A stretch of 48,284 nucleotides of DNA from an uncultured Halobacteriales archaeon (GCA_964628745.1 CAZVOR010000002.1:1-48284), one strand, 5' to 3'; counted from the first letter of the stretch, positions 1-9,142 are shown. Translations and numbers: made by a program. The notes: generated from the letters alone by a model not told the origin.

Positions 1-248
1 AGCCGGGCTTCCGCGGCGGGCGCTACCACTCGCTGGTCGCCACCGAGGTCCCCGAGTGCTTCGCGGTCAGCGCGACGACGGCGCACCCCGACGGCCCGCT
101 CGTGATGGGCGTGCGGCACCGGGAGCACCCCATCGAGTGCGTCCAGTTCCACCCCGAGAGCGTGCTCACGGCGGGCGGCCGCGAGCTCGTCCGCAACTTC
201 CTCGCGGGGGTCGACGCCGCCGCGTCGCGGCCCGCGGCCGAGGGGTGA
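1..248 (+). CDS. Glutamine amidotransferase of the anthranilate/aminodeoxychorismate synthase component II type (TrpG/PabA-like). This is a C-terminal fragment; the 5' end lies outside the window.
   Basis: Frame 3 is open from the window edge to TGA at 246-248. The translation ...GRYHSLVATEVPECF...GVRHREHPIECVQFHPESVLTAGGRELVRNFL carries the C-terminal His/Glu (HPES) region typical of class I GATases of the TrpG type. It is absent from the ORF track because no start codon lies in the window. Confidence 0.8.
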   Translation, partial: PGFRGGRYHSLVATEVPECFAVSATTAHPDGPLVMGVRHREHPIECVQFHPESVLTAGGRELVRNFLAGVDAAASRPAAEG

Positions 249-715
249 GCGCGCGCCGCTGACGCGCCCGTCCGTGCCCCGGAGCGGCCCGCGTTCGAGG
301 GGGCCGAACGCCGCCCGCCAGAGCGCCGAGCGCCCGCCCGTGCGGCCCCGGGTGCGGGGGCGTCTCGCGCCCGGCGGGCGCCCGTCGGACGGCCCGATTT
401 CGGGGGTCGACCGCAACCCCCCATCGTTTCCGCTGGACCTCCGCGCGCCCCCGGTCGGTTCCCGGAGCGACAGACTCACTTTCACCGCGGTCTACGTATC
501 ATTATAACGACGGCTACCGATGATTTGGACCGGACGTGTCACGCCCCCCAGCGCCCCGAATTGCCGCCAACGAACCACCGATTTGACATCTCCGTCCGGT
601 GTTCGTCCCGCTCGCCCACGGGCGCTTCGGCGTGGCCGAAGACAGGACATATCCAGAAAATGAAAGGAAATCTCGCACCCGAGCCCGAGGGCCTCGCCGC
701 CCGGGGGACCGACCG

Positions 716-3700
716 ATGAGCGCGCCCGAGCTCACCGCCGACGAGCTGACCATCCCCGTCAAGCGGACGACGGGCGAGACGCTCGCCGAGCGGCTGACCG
801 CCAACGCCTACGAGAACATCCTCCCGGCGCGCTACCTCCGCCGCGACGCCGACGGCGAGCTCGTCGAGAGCCAGGAGGCGCTGTTCGAGCGCGTCGCCCG
901 GAACGTCGCGCTGGCCGAGGCCGTCTACGAGGCCGAGCGGCTCGACCTCGAGATCGCCGTCTCCCCGGACCAGCTCAAGCCGGAGCACCCCCGCCGCGAC
1001 GAGCTGGCGGCCGAGGTGTTCGGCGACGGGACGACCGTGGGCGACGACGTCGAGACGGCGCTGACCGAGCGCAACGTCGACAAGTTCGCCTGGGAGACGC
1101 TCGTGCCGGCGCTGCCCGACCCGGTCCGCGAGCACGTCGAGGGGGTCGCCGACGAGTTCCAGTCGCGGATGGAGCAGCTCTCGTTCGTGCCGAACTCGCC
1201 GACGCTGATGAACGCCGGGGACGAGCTCCAGCAGCTGTCGGCCTGCTTCGTGATGAGCCCCCACGACGACCTCACGAGCATCCACGAGACCGCGACGAAG
1301 GCCGCGCAGGTGTTCCAGAGCGGCGGCGGCTGTGGGTACGCCTTCTGGCGGCTGCGCCCGTTCGGCGACCCGGTCGGCTCGACCGGCGGCATCGCGTCGG
1401 GGCCGCTCACGTTCATGGAGACCTACGACCGCCTCTGCGAGACCATCGCCCAGGGCGGCACCCGGCGCGGGGCGCAGATGGCCATCATGCGCGTCTCGCA
1501 CCCGGACGTCGTGGAGTTCATCCACGCCAAGAACAAGGACGTCTCGCTGGCCCACGCCCTGCGGCTCAACGACCCCGACGACTACACGTACACCTCGTTC
1601 AGCGAGGCGCTCGAGGAGGCTCGCGAGCTCATCGACGAGGACGGCCGGGTGCCGAGGCACCTCCGCAACGCCGTCGAGGGGCACCTCTCGAACTTCAACA
1701 TCTCCGTCGGCGTCACCGACGACTTCATGGACGCCCTCCACGCGGGCGAGGCGTACACGTTCGTCAACCCGCGCACGGGCGAGCCCCACGTCGCGACCGA
1801 GCACACCGAGGAGATGTACGCCCGGTACGACCTCGGGGAGTACGTCACGCCGGGCGAGCCGCTGTCCGTGCCCGCGTCGGTCCTCTGGGAGCGCATCGTC
1901 CACGGCGCCTGGGAGAACGGCGAGCCCGGCGTAGTCTACCTCGACCGCATCAACCGGGAGCACTCCTTCCCCGTCGAGAGCACGCCGACCGGGGACGGCT
2001 CGGAGTACGAGATCCTGGCGACGAACCCCTGCGGCGAGCAGCCGCTGATGGAGTACGAGGCCTGCAACCTGGGCCACGTCAACCTCTCGACCGTCGCCGC
2101 GACGGACGGCCCGGACTGGCGCGTCTGGCACGACCGCCACGGCGACGCGCACGACGACCTCGAGGCCGCCGTGGCGGCGTTCCTCGAGGAGGCCATCGAC
2201 CTCGAGGCGCTCGACGGCCGCATCGAGTGGGGCACGCGCTTCCTCGAGGACGTCGTCACGATGTCCGACTTCCCGGTCGAGCAGATCGACGAGACGGTCC
2301 ACCGCAACCGGAAGATCGGGCTGGGCGTGATGGGGCTGGCGCAGCTGTACGTCCAGCTGGGCGTGCGCTACGGCTCCGAGGTCGGCAACGAGATCGTCCG
2401 CCAGCTCATGATGCGCGTCAACCACGGCTCGAAGTGGACGAGCCACGAGCTCGCCCGCGAGCGGGGCTCCTTCGCCAACTGGGCCGACTCGAAGTACGCC
2501 GACCCGGTGGCGCACCGCGAGTGGTTCGAGCACCAGACCGGCCTCGACGCCGGCGAGTGGGCCGATGGCTTCCCCATCCGGAACCACAACACGACGACCG
2601 TGGCGCCCACGGGGACCACCTCGATGGTCGGCAACACGACCGGCGGCATCGAGCCCATCTACAACGTCGCCTACTACAAGAACGTCTCCGACGACGTCCA
2701 GGGCGACGAGATGCTCGTCGAGTTCGACGACTACTTCCTGCGCGTGCTGGAGGCCAACGACGTCGACGTCGAGGCCGTCAAGGCCGAGGCGCTCGAGCAG
2801 ATGCAGCGCAACGCGTTCGATGGCGTCGCCGGGCTCTCGACCGTGCCCGACGCCATCGGCGACCTCTTCGTCGTCTCCTCGGACATCCGGCCGAAGGAGC
2901 ACGCGGCGGTCCAGTGCGCCGCCCAGGACGGGGTGGACAGCGCCATCTCGAAGACCTGCAACTTCCCGAACTCGGCGAGCGTCGAGGACATGCAGGCGGT
3001 CTACGAGTACATCTACGAGCACGGCGGCAAGGGCGTGACCGTCTACCGCGACGGCACCCGCAGCAAGCAGGTGCTGACGACCCGCGCCGACAACGCCGAG
3101 TTCGCCGAGATGGACGCCGACGATGCCGCCGACGCGATGCTCGAGGCCATCGAGGAGCTGTTCGGCGGCGTCGAGGGGTTCCTCGAGCACGAGGCCGTCC
3201 GCGAGACGGTCGCCGAGGACGTCGAGGCGCTCGTCGAGGCCAGCGAGTACGGCAAGGCCAGAAAGCGCCCGCGGCCGGACGTCCTCTACGGCGTCACCCA
3301 GCGCATCGAGACGGGCTACGGCAAGCTCTACGTCAACATCAACGAGGACGAGCAGGGCCGGCCGTTCGAGCTGTTCGCCAACATCGGCAACTCGGGAGGG
3401 TTCACCGCCAGCTTCACCGAGGCGCTCGCGAAGACCATCTCGACGGCGCTGCGCTCCGGCGTCGACCCGCGCGAGCTCGCCTCGGAGCTGTCGGGCATCC
3501 GCTCGCCGAAGGTGGCCTGGGACAAGGGCGAGCAGATCAACTCCATCCCCGACGCCGTCGGCGTCGCGATGCGCCGCTACCTCGACGGGGAGGTCGACAA
3601 GGCCTACCCCCAGCAGCGCAACCTCGACGAGATCGCCGACGACGGGGACGAGCGAAGCTCCGACGGTGGCGAGCCGAGCGAAGCGAGGCGAGCCTCGTCG

Positions 3701-3868
3701 GACGAGCAACGCGAGTCCGACGGTGGCCACGTCGCGGCCGAGCCCGACACGGCCCAGTCGCTCATCGACGCCGGCGAGAGCCCGGAGTGTCCGACCTGCG
3801 GCTCGATGTCGCTGCACTACGCCGAGGGCTGCACCACCTGCGAGTCCTGCGGCTGGAGCGAGTGCTGA
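716..3868 (+). CDS. nrdJ: Adenosylcobalamin-dependent (class II) ribonucleoside-diphosphate reductase
   Basis: Track ORF 599..3868. I prefer the in-frame ATG at 716 (MSAPELTADEL...). RNR hallmarks are LSACFV, the active-site loop TNPCGEQPL and GLGVMGLA. The C-terminal zinc ribbon CPTCGS...CTTCESCG and acidic haloarchaeal-style insertions are present. No intein-like blocks were seen. Confidence 0.93.
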   Translation: MSAPELTADELTIPVKRTTGETLAERLTANAYENILPARYLRRDADGELVESQEALFERVARNVALAEAVYEAERLDLEIAVSPDQLKPEHPRRDELAAEVFGDGTTVGDDVETALTERNVDKFAWETLVPALPDPVREHVEGVADEFQSRMEQLSFVPNSPTLMNAGDELQQLSACFVMSPHDDLTSIHETATKAAQVFQSGGGCGYAFWRLRPFGDPVGSTGGIASGPLTFMETYDRLCETIAQGGTRRGAQMAIMRVSHPDVVEFIHAKNKDVSLAHALRLNDPDDYTYTSFSEALEEARELIDEDGRVPRHLRNAVEGHLSNFNISVGVTDDFMDALHAGEAYTFVNPRTGEPHVATEHTEEMYARYDLGEYVTPGEPLSVPASVLWERIVHGAWENGEPGVVYLDRINREHSFPVESTPTGDGSEYEILATNPCGEQPLMEYEACNLGHVNLSTVAATDGPDWRVWHDRHGDAHDDLEAAVAAFLEEAIDLEALDGRIEWGTRFLEDVVTMSDFPVEQIDETVHRNRKIGLGVMGLAQLYVQLGVRYGSEVGNEIVRQLMMRVNHGSKWTSHELARERGSFANWADSKYADPVAHREWFEHQTGLDAGEWADGFPIRNHNTTTVAPTGTTSMVGNTTGGIEPIYNVAYYKNVSDDVQGDEMLVEFDDYFLRVLEANDVDVEAVKAEALEQMQRNAFDGVAGLSTVPDAIGDLFVVSSDIRPKEHAAVQCAAQDGVDSAISKTCNFPNSASVEDMQAVYEYIYEHGGKGVTVYRDGTRSKQVLTTRADNAEFAEMDADDAADAMLEAIEELFGGVEGFLEHEAVRETVAEDVEALVEASEYGKARKRPRPDVLYGVTQRIETGYGKLYVNINEDEQGRPFELFANIGNSGGFTASFTEALAKTISTALRSGVDPRELASELSGIRSPKVAWDKGEQINSIPDAVGVAMRRYLDGEVDKAYPQQRNLDEIADDGDERSSDGGEPSEARRASSDEQRESDGGHVAAEPDTAQSLIDAGESPECPTCGSMSLHYAEGCTTCESCGWSEC

Positions 3869-3941
3869 GGCGGGCCGACCGGCCATGGCCGACCGTCCGG
3901 TCCGGCGAAAGCGTCAACCGCCCGCCGCGCGGAGCTGTCGC

Positions 3942-4064
3942 ATGGGACGGGACCCGGCCGAACCGCGCTGCCCGCGCTGCGGGGCGGGCCTCCGGCCCCA
4001 GCACTGCAAGTACGTCTGCCCGAACCACGGCGTCGTCATCGACTGCTCGGACCCGTTCCGCTGA
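3942..4064 (+). CDS. Small zinc-finger protein (CPxCG...CPxH type), 40 aa. An alternative start at ATG 3885 would give 59 aa.
   Basis: This is the tail of track ORF 3123..4064: MGRDPAEPRCPRCGAGLRPQHCKYVCPNHGVVIDCSDPFR. Codon third positions are almost all G/C, as in the neighbouring real genes. It has a CxxC plus C..CPNH metal-binding pattern. Confidence 0.5.
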   Translation: MGRDPAEPRCPRCGAGLRPQHCKYVCPNHGVVIDCSDPFR

Positions 4065-4103
4065 GACGAGGGCGGTGGAGGGGACGCCGCCTGCGCACCC
4101 CGC

Positions 4104-4763
4104 TCACTCCGCCGGCTCGGCCGCGCGTCGACGAGCCCCCAGCGTCCGGTAGGCCGGCCCGGCGAGCAGCAGCGCCGCGGCCAGCAGCCCGGCGGCGAGC
4201 AGCCAGGGGCTGACCGCGGGCGCGCCGGGCGCGAGCCGCGACAGGGAGTGCCCGGCCAGAACCGCCGCGACCGTCCACGGCAGCTCGCCGAGCGCGGTCC
4301 CGAGGACGAACGCCGGCAGCGACACGCGGCCCGCGCCGGCGGCGACGGAGACCGGCTCGGCGGGCGTCGGCGCCAGGCGGGCGGCGACGACGCCGCGCAG
4401 CCCGCCGGTCGCCCGGAAGAACCGCCGGCTGCCCTCGACGGCCCACGCGAACGGCCCCGGCCGGTCCCGGTAGTACCGCCCGACGGCGTACGGGACGAGG
4501 CTGGTCGCGACCGCGCCGACGAGCGCCAGCGGGAGGCCCACGGCGAGGCCGTACCGGTAGCCGACCAGCACCGACAGGGCGGTGATGGGCCAGGCCAGAA
4601 ACGGCCGAACGAGGTAGAGCCCGACCAGCGCGAGCGGGAACCACGGGCTGGCGAGCGCGCCCGCGAGGCGCGCGAGGGCGTCGCCCGGCGGCAGCCAGAG
4701 GCCGAGCGCGAGGAGCCCGGCGGCGGCCAGCCCGGCCGCGACGTGCCGGCGGGTCGGGCGCAT
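4104..4763 (-). CDS. DedA/TVP38 (SNARE-associated) family membrane protein
   Basis: Track ORF 4104..4778. I prefer ATG 4763 (MRPTRRH...) because a TTAAT box at 4789-4793 lies about 28 nt upstream. The protein is multi-TM, and the motif RLAPTPAEPVSVAAGAGRVSLPAFVLGTALGELP is typical of the family. Confidence 0.75.
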   Translation of the reverse strand: MRPTRRHVAAGLAAAGLLALGLWLPPGDALARLAGALASPWFPLALVGLYLVRPFLAWPITALSVLVGYRYGLAVGLPLALVGAVATSLVPYAVGRYYRDRPGPFAWAVEGSRRFFRATGGLRGVVAARLAPTPAEPVSVAAGAGRVSLPAFVLGTALGELPWTVAAVLAGHSLSRLAPGAPAVSPWLLAAGLLAAALLLAGPAYRTLGARRRAAEPAE

Positions 4764-4906
4764 GGCGGGGCGTTCCACCGGCGCCGCCTTAATCGTGGCC
4801 GTCGAGCGGCCGGCGTCGCGATGGCAGCCGTCCGCCGTCGCCGCCGGCCGCGACCGTCGGCGGCCCGCGGCCGGCCATTGATGGCGCTGGGCCGGCTAGA
4901 CCCCAC

Positions 4907-6472
4907 ATGGAGGAGTTCGACTTCCTGGTCGTCGGCTCCGGCTCGGGGCTCCGGGTCGCGAACGCCGCGGCGGACCGGGACCGGTCGGTGGCCGTCGTCG
5001 AGAAGGGGCCGCTCGGCGGGACCTGCCTCAACCGGGGCTGCATCCCCTCGAAGATGCTCCTGTACCACGCGGACGTCCACGAGACGGTCGAGCGGGCAGG
5101 GGAGTTCCACATCGACGCCGAGGTGACGGACGTCGGCTTCGCCGACATCGTCCGCGAGGTCAACGAGGAGGTGGCCGCCGACGCCGAGTCCATCCGACGC
5201 GGGCTGCGCTCGTCGGACCGCCACCGCCTGTTCGAGGGCGAGGGGCGGTTCGTCGACGAGCGGACGGTCGAGGTGGACGGCGGGGGCGACGACGGGACGC
5301 GGGTGCGGGCCGAGGCGGTCGTCGTCGCCGCCGGCACGCGCCCCGCGGTCCCGCCGATCGACGGCGTCGAGTCCGTCGACCACCTCACGAGCACCGAGGC
5401 GCTCCGGCTGGAGACGCCCCCGGACCACCTGGTGGTCGTCGGCGGCGGCTACGTCGCCGCCGAGCTCGCCCACTTCTTCGGCACGTTCGGCAGCGAGGTG
5501 ACCATCGTCGGCCGGCAGCCGAACCTCCTCCCGGAGGCCGACGAGGCGGTGGCCGCGGCGTTCACCGAGCGGTACGCCGACCGGTTCGACGTGCACGCCG
5601 GTTACGAGGCCACGGCCGTCTCGGCGGAGGACGGCTCGGTCACCGTGGAGGCCCGGCCGTATGCCGAGGACGGCGACGAGCCGGCGGGAGAGGGCGAGGG
5701 CGGGTCGGCCGCCGATGGCGGAGACGAGTCGGACGGCGACGGCGGTCGCCTCTCCGTGACGGGGGACGAGCTCCTGCTCGCCGCCGGACGGGTCCCGAAC
5801 ACCGACACGCTCGCCGTCGAGGAGGCCGGCATCGCCACGGACGACCGCGGGTTCGTCGAGACCGACGAGTGCCTGCGGACGACCGCCGAGGGCGTCTGGG
5901 CGCTCGGCGACGTCGCCGGCGAGTTCATGCTGAAGCACAGCGCGAACCACGAGGCGCAGGCGGTGATCCGGAACCTCTTCGGCGACGAGCTCCGGCCGGT
6001 CGACTACTCCGCGATGCCGTTCGCCGTGTTCGCCTCGCCGGAGGTCGCCGGCGTGGGCGCGAGCGAGGGGGAGCTACGGGAGGACGGCCGCGAGTACGCG
6101 ACGCGGACGTCCCGCTACGAGGACACCGCCCGCGGCAGCGCCATGAAGGTCGAGGGGTTCGTCAAGGCGCTGGTCGACCCGGAGGACGAGGAAATCCTGG
6201 GCTGCCACATCATCGGGCCGGAGGCGTCGAACCTCGTCGAGGAGGTGGTGGTGGCGATGCGGGCGGGCTCGGGGACCGTGCGGGACATCCGGGAGGCCGT
6301 GCACATCCACCCGGCGCTGTCGGAGGTCGTCCAGCGCGCCTTCGCCGGGAGCTTCACGCGCCGCGACGGCGCCGAGGGGCACCGTCACGAGGAGGAACTA
6401 CGCGCCCGCGACGGTGCAGGGGACGGCCACCGTCAGGGCACGGAGCAGCGCCACGAGGGCCGGTCGGACTGA
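4907..6472 (+). CDS. FAD-dependent pyridine nucleotide-disulfide oxidoreductase (dihydrolipoamide dehydrogenase / glutathione-mycothione reductase family)
   Basis: The N-terminal dinucleotide fold is FLVVGSGSG. The redox-active disulfide motif is GGTCLNRGCIPSK. A second Rossmann fold is VVVGGGYVAAE. The C-terminal HIHPALSEV His-Glu dyad is present. There is an acidic Gly/Asp/Glu insertion (AEDGDEPAGEGEGGSAADGGDESDGDGG). Confidence 0.88.
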   Translation: MEEFDFLVVGSGSGLRVANAAADRDRSVAVVEKGPLGGTCLNRGCIPSKMLLYHADVHETVERAGEFHIDAEVTDVGFADIVREVNEEVAADAESIRRGLRSSDRHRLFEGEGRFVDERTVEVDGGGDDGTRVRAEAVVVAAGTRPAVPPIDGVESVDHLTSTEALRLETPPDHLVVVGGGYVAAELAHFFGTFGSEVTIVGRQPNLLPEADEAVAAAFTERYADRFDVHAGYEATAVSAEDGSVTVEARPYAEDGDEPAGEGEGGSAADGGDESDGDGGRLSVTGDELLLAAGRVPNTDTLAVEEAGIATDDRGFVETDECLRTTAEGVWALGDVAGEFMLKHSANHEAQAVIRNLFGDELRPVDYSAMPFAVFASPEVAGVGASEGELREDGREYATRTSRYEDTARGSAMKVEGFVKALVDPEDEEILGCHIIGPEASNLVEEVVVAMRAGSGTVRDIREAVHIHPALSEVVQRAFAGSFTRRDGAEGHRHEEELRARDGAGDGHRQGTEQRHEGRSD

Positions 6473-6536
6473 GCTGACGGTTGCGGGGGGGACGACCACG
6501 CAACGCTTTTCGCCGCGCCGTTCGCACGGTCGGTCG

Positions 6537-6893
6537 ATGGAGGGGGACCCGGTGGAGATCGGGGTCGAGCTGCTCGCGAAGCTCGAGTACGGCGAGCTGC
6601 CGCTCGCCGAGGCGGTCGACCGGCTCGAGACCATCACCTCCGACCCCGCGCTGACGCGGCGCATCCTCGAGGCGGCCGAGGCCGAGGGCGTCATCGAGCG
6701 AGCGGACACGGCGGTCCGGCCGCAGCCGGGCGCCTACGTCCGGTTCGAGAGCGAGGTCGTCGTCCGGGAGGGCGAGTTCACCTGCCGGCGCTGCGGCGCG
6801 GGGCTGTCGACGGGCCACTTCATCGACCTGGACGCGGGCGAGCTGGGGCCGTTCGGCTCCTCGTGCATCCGGAAGGTCACGGGTCGGGCCTGA
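6537..6893 (+). CDS. Hypothetical cytoplasmic protein with a C-terminal CxxC...C motif
   Basis: Internal ATG of track ORF 6414..6893 (MEGDPVEIGVELLAKLEYGELPLAEAV...). The composition is acidic. A T-rich box at 6505-6510 lies about 30 nt upstream. The C-terminus is FTCRRCGAGLSTGHF...GSSC. Confidence 0.6.
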   Translation: MEGDPVEIGVELLAKLEYGELPLAEAVDRLETITSDPALTRRILEAAEAEGVIERADTAVRPQPGAYVRFESEVVVREGEFTCRRCGAGLSTGHFIDLDAGELGPFGSSCIRKVTGRA

Positions 6894-6912
6894 CGGGCGC
6901 GTGGTCGCGCGG

Positions 6913-7878
6913 TCAGCGCGCCGCCCGGAGCTCCTCGATGAGCTGCTGGATGATCTCCTGCTGGGACTGCAGGCGCTCGCCCTGCCGCTCGACGGCCTCG
7001 CGAAGCGCGGCGACCTCCGCGGCGAGGTCGTCGCGGCTCTCGGCCGGGGGGGCCGGCTCGGCCGCGGGCTCCTCGCTTCGCTGCCGCAGCTCCTCGCGGG
7101 CGTCCTCGAGATCGCCGAACTCCAGCAGCGGCCCCAGCTCGTCGTCGCCGGTCGATTCGCCGGCGGCCGGCACCTCGTCGGCCCCCTCCTCGGCCGGGGG
7201 CTCCTCGTCGGGGGCGACCTTCCGGCGGAGCGCCGCCATCGAGTCGACCTCGTGGTGGGCCAGCAGCGCGGACTCGACCTCCTTGCGGATGGCGTGGGCG
7301 TCCTCGCTGGGCGTCTTGATGCGCTGGGGCCGGCCGTCGACCTCGATGACGAGCTCGGAGGAGACGCTGCCCTGCTCGAGGTCGAGGTCGGAGACCCCTT
7401 CGTAGGGGAACTCCTCGAAGTCCTCGGCGTCCCAGACGCCGGCACCGACGTGCTTTACGACCCGGCCGTCGGTGACCACCAGCGAGAGCTCGCCCAGCCG
7501 GTAGACCTGCTCGACCGACTCGCCGTCCGCGGTGACTCCCGCCGAGGCGAGCACGCCCTCGACGACCGGTCGCAGCGCCGCGTCGGCGTGCTTGGTCGGG
7601 ACGGTGAACTCGTCGCCGCCCTCGTACCCGCGGTCGAGTCGGAGGGTCGTCTTGCGCCGGCCCGCCTCGAGCCCGATGGCCTCGGCCTCGAGCGGGTACT
7701 CGTCGACGGTCTCGCCGCTTATCAGGCCCTCCGCCCGGTAGACCAGCGCGCGGGTCGGGGTGACCCACAGCTCGTCGTCGCCGCCGAGTGGGACCCGCGC
7801 CACGGGCTTTTCGCCGCCGAGTCGCTCTCGAACCAGGTCCGGGACGGCCATGCAGCCGTATGGCAGGCCGTCGGTCAT
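6913..7878 (-). CDS. Hypothetical acidic protein with a C-terminal coiled coil
   Basis: Track ORF 6913..8151, trimmed to ATG 7878 (MTDGLPYGCMAVPDLV...) because the longer N-terminus runs through the tRNA gene and is Arg/Pro-rich. The C-terminus LAAEVAALREAVERQGERLQSQQEIIQQLIEELRAAR is heptad-like. ATG 7851 is an alternative start. Confidence 0.7.
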   Translation of the reverse strand: MTDGLPYGCMAVPDLVRERLGGEKPVARVPLGGDDELWVTPTRALVYRAEGLISGETVDEYPLEAEAIGLEAGRRKTTLRLDRGYEGGDEFTVPTKHADAALRPVVEGVLASAGVTADGESVEQVYRLGELSLVVTDGRVVKHVGAGVWDAEDFEEFPYEGVSDLDLEQGSVSSELVIEVDGRPQRIKTPSEDAHAIRKEVESALLAHHEVDSMAALRRKVAPDEEPPAEEGADEVPAAGESTGDDELGPLLEFGDLEDAREELRQRSEEPAAEPAPPAESRDDLAAEVAALREAVERQGERLQSQQEIIQQLIEELRAAR

Positions 7879-8118
7879 AAAACTACGCGCCCGCGTCTCA
7901 CGCAGCGAAACGCCGGACTCGCCGCCGCTGACCGACGGTCTGCGGGGTTCTCGCCCCGGCCGCGGCCCGCCATCCGTGGGCGGCGCGCTCGCGGCCGAGC
8001 CGCCCGTCTCCGGCGAGCGATGCGTCCGGAGGAGCCCAGCCGGCGTGGGCGGTCGACTCGCCGGGCAGCGGCGAGGGATGCGAAGGTTGAAGTCCGGCCC
8101 TCGGGTAGTTTCGGGCGC

Positions 8119-8252
8119 GCCCGGGTGGCTTAGCTGGTCATAGCGCCGCACTCATAGGGCATCGAGCTTCGGTGCGGGCGGCTCCGCCGGGGCCCGCCGG
8201 GCCTCGAACCTGGGACATGCGGAGGTCGAGGGTTCGAACCCCTCCCCGGGCA
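8119..8252 (+). tRNA. tRNA-Met (anticodon CAU), elongator type, with a 60-nt intron. tRNA-Ile2(CAU) cannot be excluded from sequence alone.
   Basis: I folded the cloverleaf by hand. The acceptor stem is GCCCGGG 8119-8125 paired with CCCGGGC 8245-8251. The D arm is GCUU/UAGC with GG in the loop. The anticodon stem is CCGCA 8146-8150 paired with UGCGG 8218-8222, and the loop is CU-CAU-A. The variable loop is AGGUC. The T arm is GAGGG-UUCGAAC-CCCUC. The discriminator is A8252 and no CCA is encoded. G1:C72 argues against an initiator tRNA. Confidence 0.9.
8157..8216 (+). other. tRNA intron at the canonical 37/38 position with a bulge-helix-bulge splice motif
   Basis: A central 4-bp helix CUCA (8151-8154) / UGGG (8211-8214) is flanked by two 3-nt bulges, UA|G (8155-8157) and AC|A (8215-8217). 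The outer intron helix is GG..UCGAG (8158-8166) / CUCGA.CC (8203-8210). The inner GC hairpin is GCGGGC...GCCCGC. No box C/D elements were seen. Confidence 0.8.
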
Positions 8253-8402
8253 CTGTTTCCTGCGTCGCGAGCGTCGGCGAGCGACGAGCACGGACAGTGT
8301 TCGGGGAGCCGCGAGAACCCGGAGGTGGTGTGCGCGAGTGCGCGCGCAGCGCACCCCGAAACGACAGCGGCCTGCGATGGGCCGGGAGGCCCGCGTTCCG
8401 GC

Positions 8403-9116
8403 TCACTCGTTCGCGCCGAAGAGCCGGGGGTAGGAGTCCTCCTGGACGCCCTCCTCCGCCCGATTGCGGAGCGGTTCCCGCCAGTTGCTGCCCAGCTCCG
8501 GCAGCGAGGCCAGCTCGTCGGCCAGCGCCCTGTCGTCGGGCATGCCGAAGCGGACCTCGGTCGTCCGCTCGACGGTCCACTCCGGGTTCGGCCGGTCCAC
8601 GAGGGTCAACTGCTGTCCCGCTTCGACGAACCCGTCCTGGAGCACGCGGAGGTGCCAACCGGTGTATCCGACGTCCTCGGCGTGCTTCGGCAGTTCCTTT
8701 ATCCCCCACCGGCGGGCGATCTTCCAGCACGGGCCCCGGGGCTGGGTCACCTGGACCTCGGCCTCCCCGACCCCGAGCACGTCGCCGATACAGACGTCCG
8801 CCTCGGTCCGGCCGACCGTGGTGAAGTTCTCCCCGAAGGCGGGAACCTCCAGTTCGAGGTCGTACCGCTCCTCCCAGTAGCCGTAGTGGTCGTAGGGGTA
8901 GACGCAGACCGCCTTGTCGGGCCCGCCGTGGCTGGCGCTGGCCTGCTCGTCCCCCTCGAGCCCGGTCTCGCCGAGCCAGACCTCGTCCGCTACGGGTTCC
9001 TTGAAGTACGCCGTCCGAAACTGGCGGTCCAGCGGGTCGTCGGCGCCCCTCGTTCCGCGGTCCTCGACCGTCCCGACCTGGATGGAGCGGACGGTGGAGC
9101 TGGCAGGTGAATCCAT
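8403..9116 (-). CDS. MOSC domain-containing protein (YiiM-like)
   Basis: 237-aa ORF. The segment GDEQA...HGGPDKAVCVYP...FGENFTTVG..ADVCIGDV..VG.AEVQVTQPRGPCWKIARRW matches the MOSC beta-barrel with its conserved Cys, followed by a helical C-terminal domain. Confidence 0.88.
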   Translation of the reverse strand: MDSPASSTVRSIQVGTVEDRGTRGADDPLDRQFRTAYFKEPVADEVWLGETGLEGDEQASASHGGPDKAVCVYPYDHYGYWEERYDLELEVPAFGENFTTVGRTEADVCIGDVLGVGEAEVQVTQPRGPCWKIARRWGIKELPKHAEDVGYTGWHLRVLQDGFVEAGQQLTLVDRPNPEWTVERTTEVRFGMPDDRALADELASLPELGSNWREPLRNRAEEGVQEDSYPRLFGANE

Positions 9117-9142
9117 TCGGAACCGGGTACGGGAGACGGGGG

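Noticed and set aside
249-715. An adenosylcobalamin riboswitch upstream of the B12-dependent RNR.
   Set aside because: I could not identify a B12-box or the conserved core of the cobalamin aptamer by eye. Such riboswitches are not established in haloarchaea. The region is kept only as a low-interest note that it is unusually long.
716-3868. A possible intein in the long (1050-aa) NrdJ.
   Set aside because: I saw no intein splice blocks (an N-terminal Cys/Ser block, TxxH, or a C-terminal HN followed by Cys/Ser/Thr). The extra length is explained by acidic linker insertions and the C-terminal zinc ribbon.
539-3886. A 1115-aa minus-strand ORF antisense to nrdJ. Similar giant ORFs occur at 3914-5950(-), 12626-14932(-), 18969-21863(+), 25746-27782(-), 35865-38147(+) and 41263-43764(-).
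   Set aside because: Each lies exactly antisense to a gene with clear family motifs. Their translations are Arg/Pro/Gly/Ala/Asp-rich low-complexity strings with no recognisable domains. These are typical shadow ORFs caused by the scarcity of stop codons in very GC-rich DNA.
7879-8151. An N-terminal extension of ORF 6913..8151 (GTG start at 8151).
   Set aside because: The extension runs antisense through the tRNA gene (8119-8252) and encodes an Arg/Pro-rich segment unlike the acidic remainder. The internal ATG at 7878 gives a coherent protein.
8157-8216. A box C/D guide RNA inside the tRNA intron. I also considered GTGATGA at 45925-45931 as a stand-alone box C.
   Set aside because: The intron has no RUGAUGA or CUGA boxes. 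The 45925 site has no CUGA box D or terminal stem within a plausible distance.
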